The notes beneath the pieces were generated by a model. It worked only from the letters and a program-made list of their open reading frames with translations, was not told where the DNA came from and ran no database searches. A stretch of 64,000 nucleotides of DNA, from positions 62,001-126,000 of the forward strand of contig NIVC01000221.1 of NCBI GenBank assembly GCA_002269645.1. The letters are read 5' to 3'. Source of the stretch: Macrostomum lignano. Taxonomy: Eukaryota. Below are positions 36,045-49,700 of the stretch, in pieces. Within the stretch, counting starts at the first letter, position 1; the number at the start of each line of letters is the position of its first letter. The position numbers were made by a program, and so were the translations under genes.

Positions 36045-38761
36045 TTAATAGTCAGCCAGCCAATAGTCAGTGACAACCCCCCCCTGACAAGTCAGAAAGC
36101 ACACACAGGATTGGTTTTTTGTGACATCGTCTGTAAAATTGCAGATGCTCGTACGCGTACTTCTGTGGCTTCTGGAGCTGCATGTAGTGCTAGCTATAGG
36201 GTGAACCATGAGGACTTGTAAGGCTTAAGGAAAAAAACTTTTTACAAAATACAGTGTATTTAAATTTCTACAAGTAAATTACTAGTACTATTGCTCCGAG
36301 TTTCCAACGCTCGAATGCACGAATTTCAAAAGTTTTGATGTTGTTATTCTTCACTTTCGTATTTTATGATACCTAAAGATTCCAATTACTCCTACTCGTG
36401 CTTTTGAGGATAGAAAAAACGCAGACATTCATCACCCCATAAATTTAGTCGTTTATGGTCTTTAACAATTTGAGACATGGGATATTTTGTTGCTAGGTCA
36501 CCTGAAAACAGTCAAGTCAAGTCCGCCACTCAGTGCGCGGCCCGGTAATCACTACAATATACGATGATCTTGCAGAGAAGCGAGAGCTGCCATTTGTTCT
36601 GCAGTCAGTTAAAAAGCGAGTTTCAACAGATTCAGAACAGCTGTGCCAACATTTCACGCATTTTATTGCGGATGGGAAAGATTTACGGTTTACAAGCTTG
36701 AATGAGGAAGCATTGGAAGCTGTATGGCCCGTCAAATCTTCTCAGCGTAAGAATTCCCTGAGAATCGGAAATGCAGGTGCGAAGTTTCTCAAAAAAATCT
36801 ATTTAGCTCGTAATGGCAAATAACTGCTTCTGTGAGAAGCACAAAAGAGTAAATTCAGACAGAGCTTTAACTATAGGACTTAGTAGGACGATTTTGATGC
36901 AGTTGAAAATGATTGATGCTGGCTCTGCCTCTCAGCCAAAATTTAATGAGCACTTGGAATTCAAATAGTACAATGTCTGCCTGACAGTTAACAGATCTCC
37001 CCTTTGTGCGTGCAATGTAGGATTAATGTCTGGCAGGTGCTACCGTTGGATTCTGGGAAAAACCCGAGCAGTGTCGCTTCCAGCTAGATAGAGATGAAAA
37101 TGCACTTTTAGCTATGGATATCTTTTAGCTAAAGGCCACATTGCAGAGGCCACTGCAAACTAATTAGAGGACACATGAACCTGATATTGGTGTCAGCAAT
37201 TAGACAAGTTGGTTTCATAAGAAAGTGGCTGTGTGAAAACCTGCTGATGGTATGCACACTGACTAAAAATCCACCATCTTATCCAGCTTGAACAATAGCA
37301 CAACTGGTTGATTGAACTTAAACAGTTAGTTGATACCATTCTTGAATTACAAATTTAGACTTTAACGCAAATGTGCCGACTTTAGCAAATAGAAAGAAGA
37401 ATCGAGAGAAATAAAGAAGAATTTTAGAAAGAATCTGCTTTTTAACGGCTGCAAACTTTCAAAACCATTACAACCCCATAAATTTAAAGCAAAAGAAAGA
37501 GCGTTGCTAAGAGCACAAAACTTAAAATTATACTCCAGTTTATTTCAGTGAAATTACAGATACAAATGAGATCGATGATCCTTCAGAGTTATTTGGGATG
37601 TTGGATTGGTGGGAAAGATTTATTGACAGTCCATCGCAATGTGGCTAGTTGGAAGCCTTATTACCCACATGCGTGCATGCAAATTACGATCAGTCGTTGA
37701 CATTATCAAAACATGCCATTGTTTTGAATTGAGTCTCATTCAACGCTCCTCCACCGAACTTGAGTATTCTTGCAGTGTCCCACGCATGTCATACTAAGCG
37801 ATGCAGGTGCTCAGCTTCCATTTTTATCGGCGATCGGCTACCCGAAACCAACGGTACTCGCGTACGAAGTTGAGTCGGTAGGACGATAGCTTGAACGGCG
37901 CCCCGCTGAGGACAGCTGCACCAGTGAGTCCAGTCGCGTATTAATTCTGTGTGGGTGCGTCCTGGCGCATGAGATTGCGGGATTTTTGAGCACTCGCAAC
38001 CAGGAGAAGGCCAGCAAGGACCCACATGACTCAGAACTGCACCCTGTATGCTCTATCGCACCGCTTGGCCCACGGATTCAGAGATTCAAAACCGGGGTTG
38101 AGATGACAATTATGAGCCAACCAAAATGAGATAAAGTACAGAAGGCAGACGCTCGGCTGGGATATTTGTGCCAACAAGCTGCCCAGTCGGATGAAGGACA
38201 AAAGGTCCATGTTTTGGAGAGACTCAAAAGCTGCCACTTCAACACTCAATGATCAGTGCGCAGCAGAGTAAGGCAAGATACTGGAGTATTATTGAAGCCG
38301 CGGAAGGTAAATTGTGAGCTTTAATGTGTTACTTTTTGTTGCATTTTATTTTACTAAAAGTAGAATAATAAACTTTCAAATCATACTCGGGATGTCGGGA
38401 TGTAGCTAGAGCGACAGAGAACTGCCGTTTTATCTTGAATACTTTGCAATAAGCGGGCGGCGAAAGAGGTCCAACTACGTGAGAATCAATCGCACTATCT
38501 AAAATAAAGAATATTTGCAAAATTAAAAATTTTTACTGTCCTGATTGTTTGCGGAAACTTTAGAAGACTAATCTTAGCCAGATTAAATGGAAGCTGCGAC
38601 GCCATTGGACAGCAGAACAATTCCTTGCGGCTGTACGAGCGTCACAGACTACTTAAATAAACGACAATGAAGTAGTCCGTGATGAGCGTACAGCTGCTCA
38701 ACTTTAAATGCTCAAACTCGCGCGCTCCAGCCGAGTAGCTTGCAGTTGAGCAGCTCAAAGC

Positions 38762-39004
38762 ATGCTTTGGCTGCCGAAACTGCCAGTTCTCGTCTGCACC
38801 CTCCTGACCTGCGAGGCACGCAGGGTCGTCCGCTTCTCCTACGTTGGCTGCTACGTGGACTTCACTGGTTGAGTTAGAGACTTGAACGGGCTAAGCGGTG
38901 TCGCAAGGATAGGCGAATTCGAAATCGTTAGCAGCAGGTGTGTGAGCAACACAGACATGTCGCACGAGCTCTGCAGCAGTGTGTGCTCACTTGGTGGCTT
39001 CGCT
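38762..39004 (+). pseudogene. Truncated WSC pseudogene (G), C/I subfamily
   Basis: MLWLPKLPVLVCTLLTCEARRVVRFSYVGCYVDFTG* with in-frame TGA replacing GGA. Homology ends abruptly after ggtggcttcgct. Confidence 0.8.
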
Positions 39005-39289
39005 CAAATATATAAAAAAAACACAGTGCTGATGAACCCTATTTACGAAAGGAATTTGCAGTTAGTAAAACGCATTTCAGCAGAAACGTATTCGGTGATC
39101 TGATCTACTGGAATAATACATAAAATATTTTGACCGATTAAAATTGGCAATAGTTCTAGGCCTACTCACACTGCCATGATGTCTGCAAGCCGGATTTTTT
39201 TTATTTTCGAATCTACGCTGCCGTCACCTCCAGTTTTGATTCCCCATCCAACCCTTAACCTCAAGGCACAGAAAGTGTACATGCCTTGT

Positions 39290-39850
39290 GGTTAGAAAGT
39301 CAGGCATGTCACTTTACATGGTACAATATTAACGCGTTTCTCCTTGTGTAATAATTTGGTTTACATTTCTTGTAGTGTTGAATTCAAACATTCTTTTTGG
39401 TGATAGCAAGGTATAACTGACCGCACTGAAGGCCTTTTGATCCCCGGTGGCAGCACGTGAGACTAAAGTTTGAGCTCAAGTCATGTTCTCACAGTAAGTA
39501 AGTAAATAAAAAATATAGCAATTCTCTTGTTTTCACAAACAAAACTTTACAAGAATCAATGCAGCAATAAAACATGCAAGTTATGCTACCAAGATGAGGG
39601 AGCATTTGATCTGCTTTCAATTAAAACTGACGCTACTTTTGCGCTGAAAAATGAAATTTTCCTGTCACCGTACCCTATTGAGGGTGCTGATCCTGCCAGG
39701 GTCATGGAGGGTGCTGATCCTCCAGGGTCATGAACTTTTGCCCAAAATCAGCCCCATTTTTTCTAAGAAACAAAGTTTCTCGTTTTTTTACATAATTGCC
39801 CCGTATGCAGAACCCGTCTGATTGGATGAAAATATGAATGCTAGTGCAGG
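39290..39850 (+). repeat. Duplicated block or dispersed repeat, second copy at about 42400-42930
   Basis: ttttggtgata.caaggta.aactgaccgc, ggtggcagcac.tg.gactaaagtttga and ttttgcccaaaatcagcccca are shared. Confidence 0.75.
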
Positions 39851-39856
39851 CGTTTC

Positions 39857-40036
39857 TAGTGCTGGCGCCCCCGGTGCTGGCGTCCCCGGTGCTGGCGCCC
39901 CCGGTGCTGGCGCCCCCGGTGCTGGCGCCCCCGGTGCTGGCGCCCCCGGTGCTGGCGCCCCCGGTGCTGGCGCCCCCGGTGCTGGCGCCCCCGGTGCTGG
40001 CGCCCCCGGTGCTGGCGCCCCCGGTGCTGGCGCCCC
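39857..40036 (+). repeat. 15-bp minisatellite (ggtgctggcgccccc)n, about 12 units
   Basis: Near-perfect tandem units; the GAPGA ORF is a by-product. Confidence 0.95.
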
Positions 40037-40379
40037 TATACCCAGACCTACTCAGATATATACCAGATACATTAAACGTGCAGTTTTGAAACGTTCCATT
40101 GAAGTTTACCACGATGATTGGCGTAGCCTTCGTAGCTCGATGTTCCTCCGCGCAACGCTCATTAGCGATGGTCTGTTGATAGGCCGGAGACCATTTGGTC
40201 AGGCAGATTGCTTAAGTTCAGCATTCTCTAGAATTAGTAAGCAGATCAGAGTGTTAACAAAACTCTGTATCGTCCCCCTAAGATTAAAGTGAACACGTCT
40301 TGTCTTATCATGGAATTTTATCTATGGCTCAACTCTATTTATCAGCGTATCCGAAACAGACTTGACCATAGAAAGTATT

Positions 40380-41120
40380 ATATTGCACTTGGTGAGTAAA
40401 GGATTATTGCACTAACTGAGACATGAATTATTGCACTTGATGAGTAAAGGATTATTGCGCTTGCTAAGACATCGATTATTGCACTTGGTGAGTAAAGGAT
40501 TATTGCATTTGATGAGACAATGGATAAATGTTATATATTCCCCGTTCATACCAGTGCAAAGGCAATAAATGCCGAAGCACAAAAGAAGGAAAGAACGCGA
40601 AAGCATTTTTGCCATAGGCACTTGTATAAATGGGACTTTTTGATATATCCATCAGTTGCCATTTATTTGCACTCAGTTACTTAATCAGCCGTCCCAGTGC
40701 GTGACAACGATTGTCTTGCGAGCGCCGGTAGGCGAGAGCCATAGACAAATCGTTGTCACGTGCTGCGACCGCTGATTCTTTGCATTGTTATGCTGCTTGA
40801 CGATCCTAAAAACAATGCATGCATATTGTTCTGCATAAAATGTGAATAATGATCGTAAAATTGCTAGACTATAATTATTGCACTTGATGAGACATCGATT
40901 ATTGCACTTGATGAGACATCGATTATTGCACTAGCTGAGGCATGGGTTATTGCACTTGATAAGTAAAGGATTATTGCACTTGATGAGTAAAGAATAATTG
41001 CACTAGATGAGAAAGGAATTAGTCCACTGGCTGAAAAAGAACTGTTGCACTAGCTGAGACATGGATTATTGCACTACCTGAGAAAGCAATTATTGCATTA
41101 GCCGAGGAAATAGTTGCACT
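40380..41120 (+). repeat. Degenerate 24-bp repeats (gattattgcacttgatgag...) in two patches
   Basis: Units at about 40400-40520 and about 40870-41120, separated by unique sequence containing a long hairpin. Confidence 0.8.
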
Positions 41121-41144
41121 AGCTACTTGCTGTCTGTGGTGCAT

Positions 41145-41390
41145 GCTTGCTATTTGGGGGGTGCTTGCTATATGGGGGGTGCTTGCTATCTGGGGGATGC
41201 TTGCTATCTGGGGGATGCTTGCTATCTGGGGAATGCTTGCTGTCTGGGGGATGCTTGCTGTCTGGGGGATGCTTGCTGTCTGGGGGATGCTTGCTATCTG
41301 GGGGATGCTTGCTGTCTGGGGGATGCTTGCTGTCTGGGGGATGCTTGCTGTCTGGGGGATGCTTGCTATCTGGGGGATGCTTGCTATCTT
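41145..41390 (+). repeat. 19-bp minisatellite (gatgcttgct(a/g)tctggggg)n
   Basis: Direct tandem units. Confidence 0.93.
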
Positions 41391-42234
41391 GTCTTGGGGA
41401 TGTTTTCTATTTGGGGGGAATCCCTGTATTCTTTTTGAAAGCTTTATTTTATTGTCTTTTTGTTACTTTTAGAAAAAAGAGATTCATAGCAAACATCTTT
41501 GTCCGTGACAATTTTACTCGAATAAGGTGGTTTATGAAAAAATTTGCTCCTTGCTTAGGAGCACTAGATTGGGGGCACTAGATTGCTGTTTAAACTAAAT
41601 TGCCATATATAACAAATAAATTAAACAACGAAACAAGAACCATGCAATTTATTAAAACCGCATAGCAGCTTCAAAAAGCCTATGTGCTTCATTTTCGCCT
41701 CCCAACTCGGTGGAGAATGGAAGAGTCATGCTGATAGAGAAGCCAAAACCCCACTCAATCTCTATCTTAAGGTAAGAGAGAGCAGGAGGAAGTTTCTTTT
41801 GTTTTAAACATCCCGCAAGGAGAAGCGTTTCGCCTCAACCAAACAAGAGCCTTAATGTTAGAAGACTATACAAACGAGTTTTTTGACTTCCCGAGAGAAA
41901 GTTTTCTCATGCCCGGGGCATGCAAAGAAAGCGAGTTGAAAAACACAAAAGAACCGCTGAAAGAAAGAGACAGGAGACTTCCTTCTTGAATTGTCTCAAA
42001 GTTACAGGAATAGCACTAGTCAGAGAAAGAGTTGGGTTTAGATAGTCCCGAGAAAGTTTTCTGGTCGGAAGTAGAAATTGACAAATTTTCTCCATGTCTT
42101 GCAGTCACAGGGGCGCCACGGTCACGGCAATGCGCTGTAGATCACTCCGTAAAACAAGGGCAGATGCGCCACGTCATTCAGCAGTCAGCTCTACGCTGCT
42201 CGAGATATTGCATAGAACGCGCCACGAAGCGAAG

Positions 42235-42372
42235 CTATTCACCTGACTGCAGCTACTCACCTGACTGCAGCTACTCACCTGACTGCAGCTACTCACCTGA
42301 CTGCAGCTACTCACCTGACTGCAGCTACTCACCTGACTGCAGCTACTCACCTGACTGCAGCTACTCACCTGA
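42235..42372 (+). repeat. 18-bp minisatellite (ctactcacctgactgcag)n, about 7.5 units
   Basis: Perfect tandem units. Confidence 0.95.
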
Positions 42373-43035
42373 TCAGCAAAACCCAATAAGTTAAGACAAA
42401 ATTTTACATGACACGTCTGTACTATGGGTATAGTTTTCATGAGTTAATTGTACACTATTTAATGTATGTTCATCTATTCAAATATGGAATCATTTAATAC
42501 GCTTCTTCTAAAGTGTTGACTAAAATATTCCTTTTGGTGATATCAAGGTACAACTGACCGCCTTCAGTTTTATAAAAGCCTTCTGATCTTCGGTGGCAGC
42601 ACTTGGGACTAAAGTTTGACCTGAGTCGTGTAAAAGTAAGTAAATAAAATTTAAATAACAAAAATCAGTTTTGTTTCTACAAATTAAACTTTACAAGGAT
42701 TAACAGAGCAATAAAACTGGCATGCTATCCTACCAAGATGAGCGAGCATCCGATCTGATTTAAATCAAAACTTACGCTATTTTTACGCCGGAAAAATGAA
42801 ATTTTTTGTCTCTGTACCGTAAATTTTGCCCAAAATCAGCCCCAATTTTTTTTCTAAGAAACCAAGTTTTCCGCTCTTCAACAAAATCTTCCGTGAGCAG
42901 AACCCGTCTAATTGGATAAAACCTGAATGCCTGTACTCACAAAATGATAAAAGGGTGACGCTCGTCTGAGAAAGGCTTCCAAGCTCCGTTTGTTAAGATT
43001 CGATAGCTTGCACCCGTTGTAATTCGTGAATTAGA

Positions 43036-43756
43036 ATGAGAATCTCACTGTTAGAGTCGGCGTTGCTGTGCGCCCTCCTGACCTGTGCAGCTGGCAGGGT
43101 GGCTCATTTCTCTTATGTCGGTTGCTACCAAGACGGCGATAACTTGAACAGAGACCTGACAGGTCTGAAAGGACTGAATAATCTGGGGCCGTACAGCATT
43201 GCTGTTGGCAACCTAGTGCAAGGCGTCGACAACATGTCGCACGAGTTCTGCAGCAACGTCTGCTCTCTGGGCCGCTTCCCCTACTTCGGCGTGCAGGTCG
43301 GCAGGCAGTGCTTCTGCGGCAGCTCCTACGGACTCCACGGACAGCTCAGCGAAAGCAAGTGCAACAAGCAGTGTACGGGAAACCCAGAGCAGATTTGCGG
43401 TGGCTCCTCCATCAACTCCGTGTTCGCTCTGCACTACCCAAGTAAGTTAGCCTTGCTCCGTTCTCATAGATTTTCGAATGAAACATTGCGGAACGCTATT
43501 GTTGGAACCAAAACTTCCAGGCAACAATGCCTACACTGTGCTGAAGAATTCGGACATCTCGGTGACCTCTACCATGGACTCATCCTGGCCGGCCGCTGCC
43601 CAGTCCGATGCGGACTGCCTGCTCCAGTGCAGCGCCAGAGCCAACTGCAGCGGCGCCGTCTTCTCCAAGCAGCTGTTCGCCTGCCGCCTGCTGCCGTTCG
43701 CCTTCCCGCCAGCCAGCCTGACCGGACCCGGATGGGCTGTGTTCATCAAAACCTGA
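43036..43756 (+). CDS. Secreted WSC + PAN/Apple-like protein, divergent paralog H (2 exons, 213 aa)
   Basis: Exon 1 43036-43441, gtaagt donor, 79-nt intron, exon 2 43521-43756 after ttccag. All WSC and PAN cysteines retained; C-terminus PGWAVFIKT differs from the other copies. Confidence 0.85.
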
Positions 43757-46058
43757 GTCTTGCAAGGACGGACAAGCGACTTCGAGGCCAAACAGCATGA
43801 GAACGATTTTGCAATAAACAGTTCCGTAAAATAACGTTTTGAAGTATCCGTTTTTGCATCCAATTAATCTGTCTGCAAACCTGGAAATCGTTCTTTTGAT
43901 TGAGAAATTCATATGCATGACATCTTTGAAATGCGCAAAATTCGAAATCGAAATACATGAACCGATATTTTGGCAAGCATGTGAATTAGATATTGGATAT
44001 TGACAACTGGCATTAAATTGTTTCACGTAGTTGTCTTTTTAACTTATATTAGTTTCTGAACCCAGACAGCCCCAGAGCTGTAGCCACTTTTCATGCTAAT
44101 GAAATGAGCCGCTAGTTTAGTGTTAGGCATCGCCCTACTGTCATCAGTTTCCCTCGACCTCGCCCCGCTTTGGGTTGCTGTCTGAAGCTAGGTCTGCCTT
44201 TTGGTCTGCCTATGAGAGATCATAGGCTTTCATACCCTTCCCTGCTCCGCGTTTCCTCTGTGTTCTTGTTTGCAGCCACGGGCATCGATTCCCGTTTACA
44301 TGATGCTGCAGTTTAATAAATGAAAATACCCAAAGGCAATTTTGAAAAAAGTCTTGAGAAGAAACAGCAGCCCAAAAGCAGAGCCTGTGTGCCACTGGCA
44401 TCGCTACCAGATCGAAGCGAATGAGCCAAGAAAAGTTTCTGGCAGTAGAAGAATCCTCACAGCGTCTCCCCGACTCTGTGCGAGAGGAAGTGGCAAGAGG
44501 AGGAAGTGCTGCTTCCTTGATTCAGCCACGGCTAGCAAGTGATTCAAATGATTTTTAGCTGGGGCAAACAAAGCCCCGTTTGAAAGCCTGTAGAATCGGC
44601 ATCAGCTTCCCAGCTTCCTGGGAATAACTTATTTTCTCTCACGCGGCTTGATTGACAGAGAGACGAAGACTGCAAACAATGACACAAAACAGATTAACAC
44701 TTTGTTATCAAGGACCACTGTAGTAGAAGGACTCGGCACTCACAAACCACAGAAAAAAGTTTTAATTTCAAAGTTTCAAATTTTCAAAGTTTGATGTTGC
44801 CTCTTCGGATACAGATATTAAGATGGTTTTTAGACCACATTAGCAGCTGAATGTTGGGACATTGGCTGACCTTTTACCCGGTTTTAGTGATTTTTGCCAC
44901 TTTCAATGAAGATTATGCATGGTACTGTACTCCAATAGCGCAGTGACATGGCTAATGATTTTTACGTATGGCACGAGTTTGCTTCACTTAGTGCCTTTTG
45001 CTTTCTACGATGCATTTGGAGTTCTCAGTAGGCGATTAATATTTCATGTGAAGAGCAGAGCAGCAGGTACTTGACAGTCGGCATGTCTGCACATAAGTTA
45101 TAAGAGCAAAATGGCATTCTACTTAGTGATCTAGGTCAATTAGTAGAGTAGTCCAGATACAGCCAGCTAACAAACTGACCAATAGAAGCTTGGTACTAAG
45201 CAATAACGTTCAATACCTGATTATTACAAAGCTGTTAAACATGATTAAACCCTCAAAAGGCGTGCAAATTTTGAATATGGCTACATATTATTAACTGAGT
45301 GAGGAAGTTGTGTAGCAAAGGAAGTTGTGGCTGCAGGAGTCCTTTTACTACAGTGGTCCTTAGTGGCTATACTCGTATCTGGAGAAATTTCGATTATTTA
45401 TCAGATAACGGACAAGCCATGCAGATAAGACGAAAATTATCTGATCAATCAAGGAAATCGGCAGTGATGCGAAAGATGCGAAAGATGCGAAAATTATCTG
45501 GTCATGCTCTCTCCTATTTGCCAGAAAGAAGCCACATTGCTCGCATCCGCAAGAGTCTTCAAATATTGCGCTGAACACAGCGTAGATAATATTTTGGAAT
45601 GGAATTCATTTCATCATGCCGGCAGCTTAAATGCTATGCTAACTACTAAAAGTAGAAAATATCGAATCTATGAGTCATTTGAGCTAGCTAATTAAAATTT
45701 TAAAGTTTCTGAAAAGGGACCAGACTTCTGGATTTCTGGTCGGGTGAAAAAAATCAGTAAAATATTCTTTAAATTAAAATCTAAATACGATGGGAGTGTG
45801 TGAATATTCTGTTTTTTCAAATGTCAAGCATAAATGTGCGATCAATGAGAAACGACTGCGTTCAGCTCGATTGAAAATTGAACACCCGAAAAATGATCTC
45901 TTACGCACATTAAAAAAGAAGCCTGTCTTGACTCAAGAACTGCATCCGATTGGTTAAATCGAAGACTGTACGCCATTGGACGAGCGGACAGATGCTAAAC
46001 TATAAAAGCTCGAACTCGCGCGCTCCAGCCGAGTAGCTTGCAGTTGAGCAGCTGAAAG

Positions 46059-46791
46059 ATGCTTCGGGTGCCGAAACTGTCAGTTTTTATCTGCGCTCTC
46101 CTGACCTGCGCTGCATGCAGGGCCGTCCGCTTCTCCTACGTTGGTTGCTACGTGGACTTCACTGGCGGAGTTCGAGACATGAACGAGCTAAGCGGTGTCA
46201 CAAGGATTGGCGAATACGAAATCATTAGCAGCAGGTGTGTGAGCAACACCGACATGTCGCACGAGCTCTGCAGCAGTGTGTGCTCACTTGGTGGCTTCGC
46301 CTACTTTGGTGTGCAGAGTGGATTCGCGTGCCTCTGCGGCAGCTCCTTCGGATCTCAGGGCAAAGCCAACGAAAGCGACTGCAGCACACAGTGCAGAGGA
46401 AACTCGTCGCAGATTTGCGGAGCTCCATGGCGAAACTCGGTGTTCGCTCTGACCTACCCGAGTGAGTAGCTTTTGTTCTTAAGACGATTAGTTGAACTTC
46501 AAATCTATCTACAGTTGGCCTTTCTAAAACACATCTCAACCACAATCTGTTTTAGACCAAAACTTCTACAAGATGTTAAAGCATTCGAACTTCACTGTGG
46601 AGACCAGCAAGACCTCGTCCTGGCCGGCCGCTGCCCCATCCGTCATGGACTGCCTCGCCCGGTGCAGTGCCAAAGCCGACTGCCAGGCCGCCGTGTTCTC
46701 CCAGCGGCTGCTCGCCTGCCACCTGCTGGCGTTCGCCTACCCGCCAGCCAGCCTGACCGGACCCGACTGGACTCTCTACCAGCGTGGCTGA
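46059..46791 (+). CDS. Secreted WSC + PAN/Apple-like protein, paralog I (2 exons, 212 aa)
   Basis: Exon 1 46059-46461, gtgagt donor, exon 2 46556-46791 after tttag. Closest relative of paralog C. Confidence 0.88.
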
Positions 46792-49700
46792 ACGAGATGA
46801 TCAGCCTGAATTTCTATGAGCTCTGGAAGTGGGTCGACTGTGGGCATTGAATCACGTCAAGAACAGTTCTAAGATTTTTTATGATTTCGCTGTCTAAATT
46901 TCAAGCCGAAACTGATTGATGCGATGACAATTTTGATGGCAGTGGGCCTTATTGATATTGCTTGTATATCATTTTGATGCCTGGAGTTGTTTTTCCTTTT
47001 CAAGTCATCACTCTAATATACGATGATCTGGAAGAGAATCAAAGCTACATGTACCATTGCTTCTGCAGTCCGATAAAGAAATCTCGTTTTGATAAACTCA
47101 GAGCAGCTGTGCCGACATTTCAGGCATTTTATTGCTGCTCGGGAAGATTCACGATTCGCAAGCTAGAATGAGGCAATATTGGAAGCTGTGTGGCCTTTTA
47201 CATTCCCTGTCACTGCTGTCAGCTTTTCTAGAAAATTCAAATTAATGTTAACAAACCGCTGCTGCGGCGGCGGGAAGCACAAACGAAAGTTGAGTAGTCT
47301 CAGGCAAAGCCTTGACTAGAACTGACTGGGACGATTGGGATGCAGTAAAAAGCTATTGATGCTGGCTCTGCCTCTCACTCAAAACTTAATGAGCCATCAG
47401 TGCAGTGTCTGCCTGACAGTTAACTGTAATGTAGGATTAAAATGCCTGGCGAGGACACCGTAGGATGTGTTTGATGAAACTGAGCAGTGTCGCTTCAGCG
47501 ACACACCAGCTAGATGGGGTAAAAATGTACTATTAGGTATGGATGCCTTCAAATTTCTCTGGATATGTATACCACACAGGTGCGTCTACCCAAGGAATTT
47601 TTCTTTTAATGACTATTTGCTTAGCAGAACTTAAGACACGGAATTCATGATGTTAGGAATAAAAAGGTTTTCATTTTTGAAACGAGTGCAGCGCAGGCAC
47701 ACGCAAGGACTTTGCTGACTTTACGACTCGTAAGAAAGAGACAGAATTATCTAGCAATCAAAAGCGCAGTTATAAGAATAGTCGTGATTCATAAGCGATT
47801 GCTTTAGTAACAACATTAACTAATTGCAGGACGAATTAAACCCGATATTGACGTCCGCAATTAGAAAGTTCGTTTCATGAGCAAACAGCTGTGTGATCCT
47901 AGCTGCTTACTCCATGCAAAATGAATGACGGAAAAAATCACCATTTACCCAACATGAACAATTTGAGACACGTTGAATTGATACGACTTTACGACTTATT
48001 TGTCTGTGTTTCAAACAGCTACCCATAAAACATAGAATTAACCCATAAAACACAACAGAGATCGATGATCTTTCGGAGTTATTTGGTACGTTGGACTGGT
48101 GAGGAAAGTTTTACTTTAAATGTCTATCGCAATATGGCTATAGTTTGGAAATCCTGTTGGAATGTTGTGAACAATGAAAGCATACATTTCTTTGAGTCTC
48201 ATTCAACGCCTCTTTCTTCCGACCTTGAGTAGTCTTTTATTTCCCACCAAGCAATGCAGCTGCTCAGCCTCCATTTTTATCGGCTATCAGACTCTCCCCC
48301 CCCCCTGAAAACACCGTTACTCGCGTACGACGTAGTGTTGGTAGGATCTATCGCTGCCCTGCTGAGGACAGCTGCACCAGAGCGTCCAGTCGAGGGTCAA
48401 GTCTGTCTGGTTGCGTCCTGGCGCATCAGGTTTCGAGACTTTTTGAGCACTCGCGTTCAAGCACAGGAAAGAAAGAACCCGTGCACTTGGTACTGTGCCC
48501 TCCACAGGTATGCTCTACTATACTGCTTAGGCCAAGGATCAGAGATTCAGACCACCGTGCTTGCGATGAGAATTATGAATCAGTCAAAATTGAATATTCA
48601 AAAGGTTTCAAAACTCAAAAGCTGCCACTCCAATCGATGCCATGCAGTCGATATGCTGCAGCAGAAGCCTTTTGCCTAACTCTGCTAAACCCGTAGGGCG
48701 AAAGTAAAGCACTAAAAGACATATCTACTGATATCAGCAGATCTGTACCTAAAGATCACCATAATTTTTTTACACTCTGAAGAGTGACGGGCACTCCTTT
48801 TATTGAACCAGACCGTCTGCCCTCTCACGCTAAAGCAAAGCTCGTTGGAGACACTACAGTGTCTCGAAGGCAGCCGAGAAACTCAGTGGAGAGCATTGCA
48901 AACATGGTTTGGAGTGATGAGCAGCACTAAGGAGTCGTGTTTTGGTGGCTCAAGAGCATTGTAAAATGTGTGAATCAACGGAATAATTTTAGCAAGACAG
49001 CACTTTGAGCAGTCTTAATTAAAAAAATTAAGGTACCGCTTAAGCCTAAGAAAGAGGCTCTAAAAAGCGGACCAATCTAAACTGCTAAAGTGCATTTGAT
49101 GGTCTTCGGGGCACTGTAGTAGACCACGGAGGCTGCCACCACCCATAATGTGCAGGCGCACCGTCATCTAAGCCCTCTAATAAAGAGGGCTTATTGGGAG
49201 TGTTCAAGGCGGCTGCGGAGTGGCCTATTGAGATGGAATAGGCCTGAGATGGAAGACTGGTGAACTCTGCTTGGGCGTTCATCAGGAATCGGCTACATCA
49301 GCCAGGGGAATTTTCAGCAGGAAATCCTTCGTGGCTGTGATATGGGAAGATACCAGCGAGCCAGATACTACTAAGAGTAGTATGAATGAACGCAAACTCT
49401 ATGGTTTCCAGATGCTCAGTGCGAGAAGGGTCCTATAAAGGAAAACCAATTATAACTGAAACCATTCATCAAAAAACGTTTAAAACTAGATATGCAGCGA
49501 CTACCTGTCATTTTTTCAAAGAATCCAACGCTGACCTCGTGATCTTTTTGGGCACGTGGTTTTCGATCACATCGACCCAATATTTGTTGATAGATACAAG
49601 CGTTTTGAACGAGCAGATAATTAATAGCTTAAAATGGTTTTCACTTCATTATGTTGACATAGTGAAATTTCGACTAAAATGCTATGCTACTACTTAAAGT

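Noticed and set aside
39702-41581. GAPGA-, ASTGG- and CYLGD-repeat ORFs resembling silk-like or Cys-rich proteins
   Set aside because: Translations of 15-bp and 19-bp minisatellites, open in several frames or strands, with no splice or signal context.
49080-49380. Possible LINE 3'-end remnant on the minus strand
   Set aside because: Composition is suggestive, but no diagnostic RT motif or tail was identifiable.
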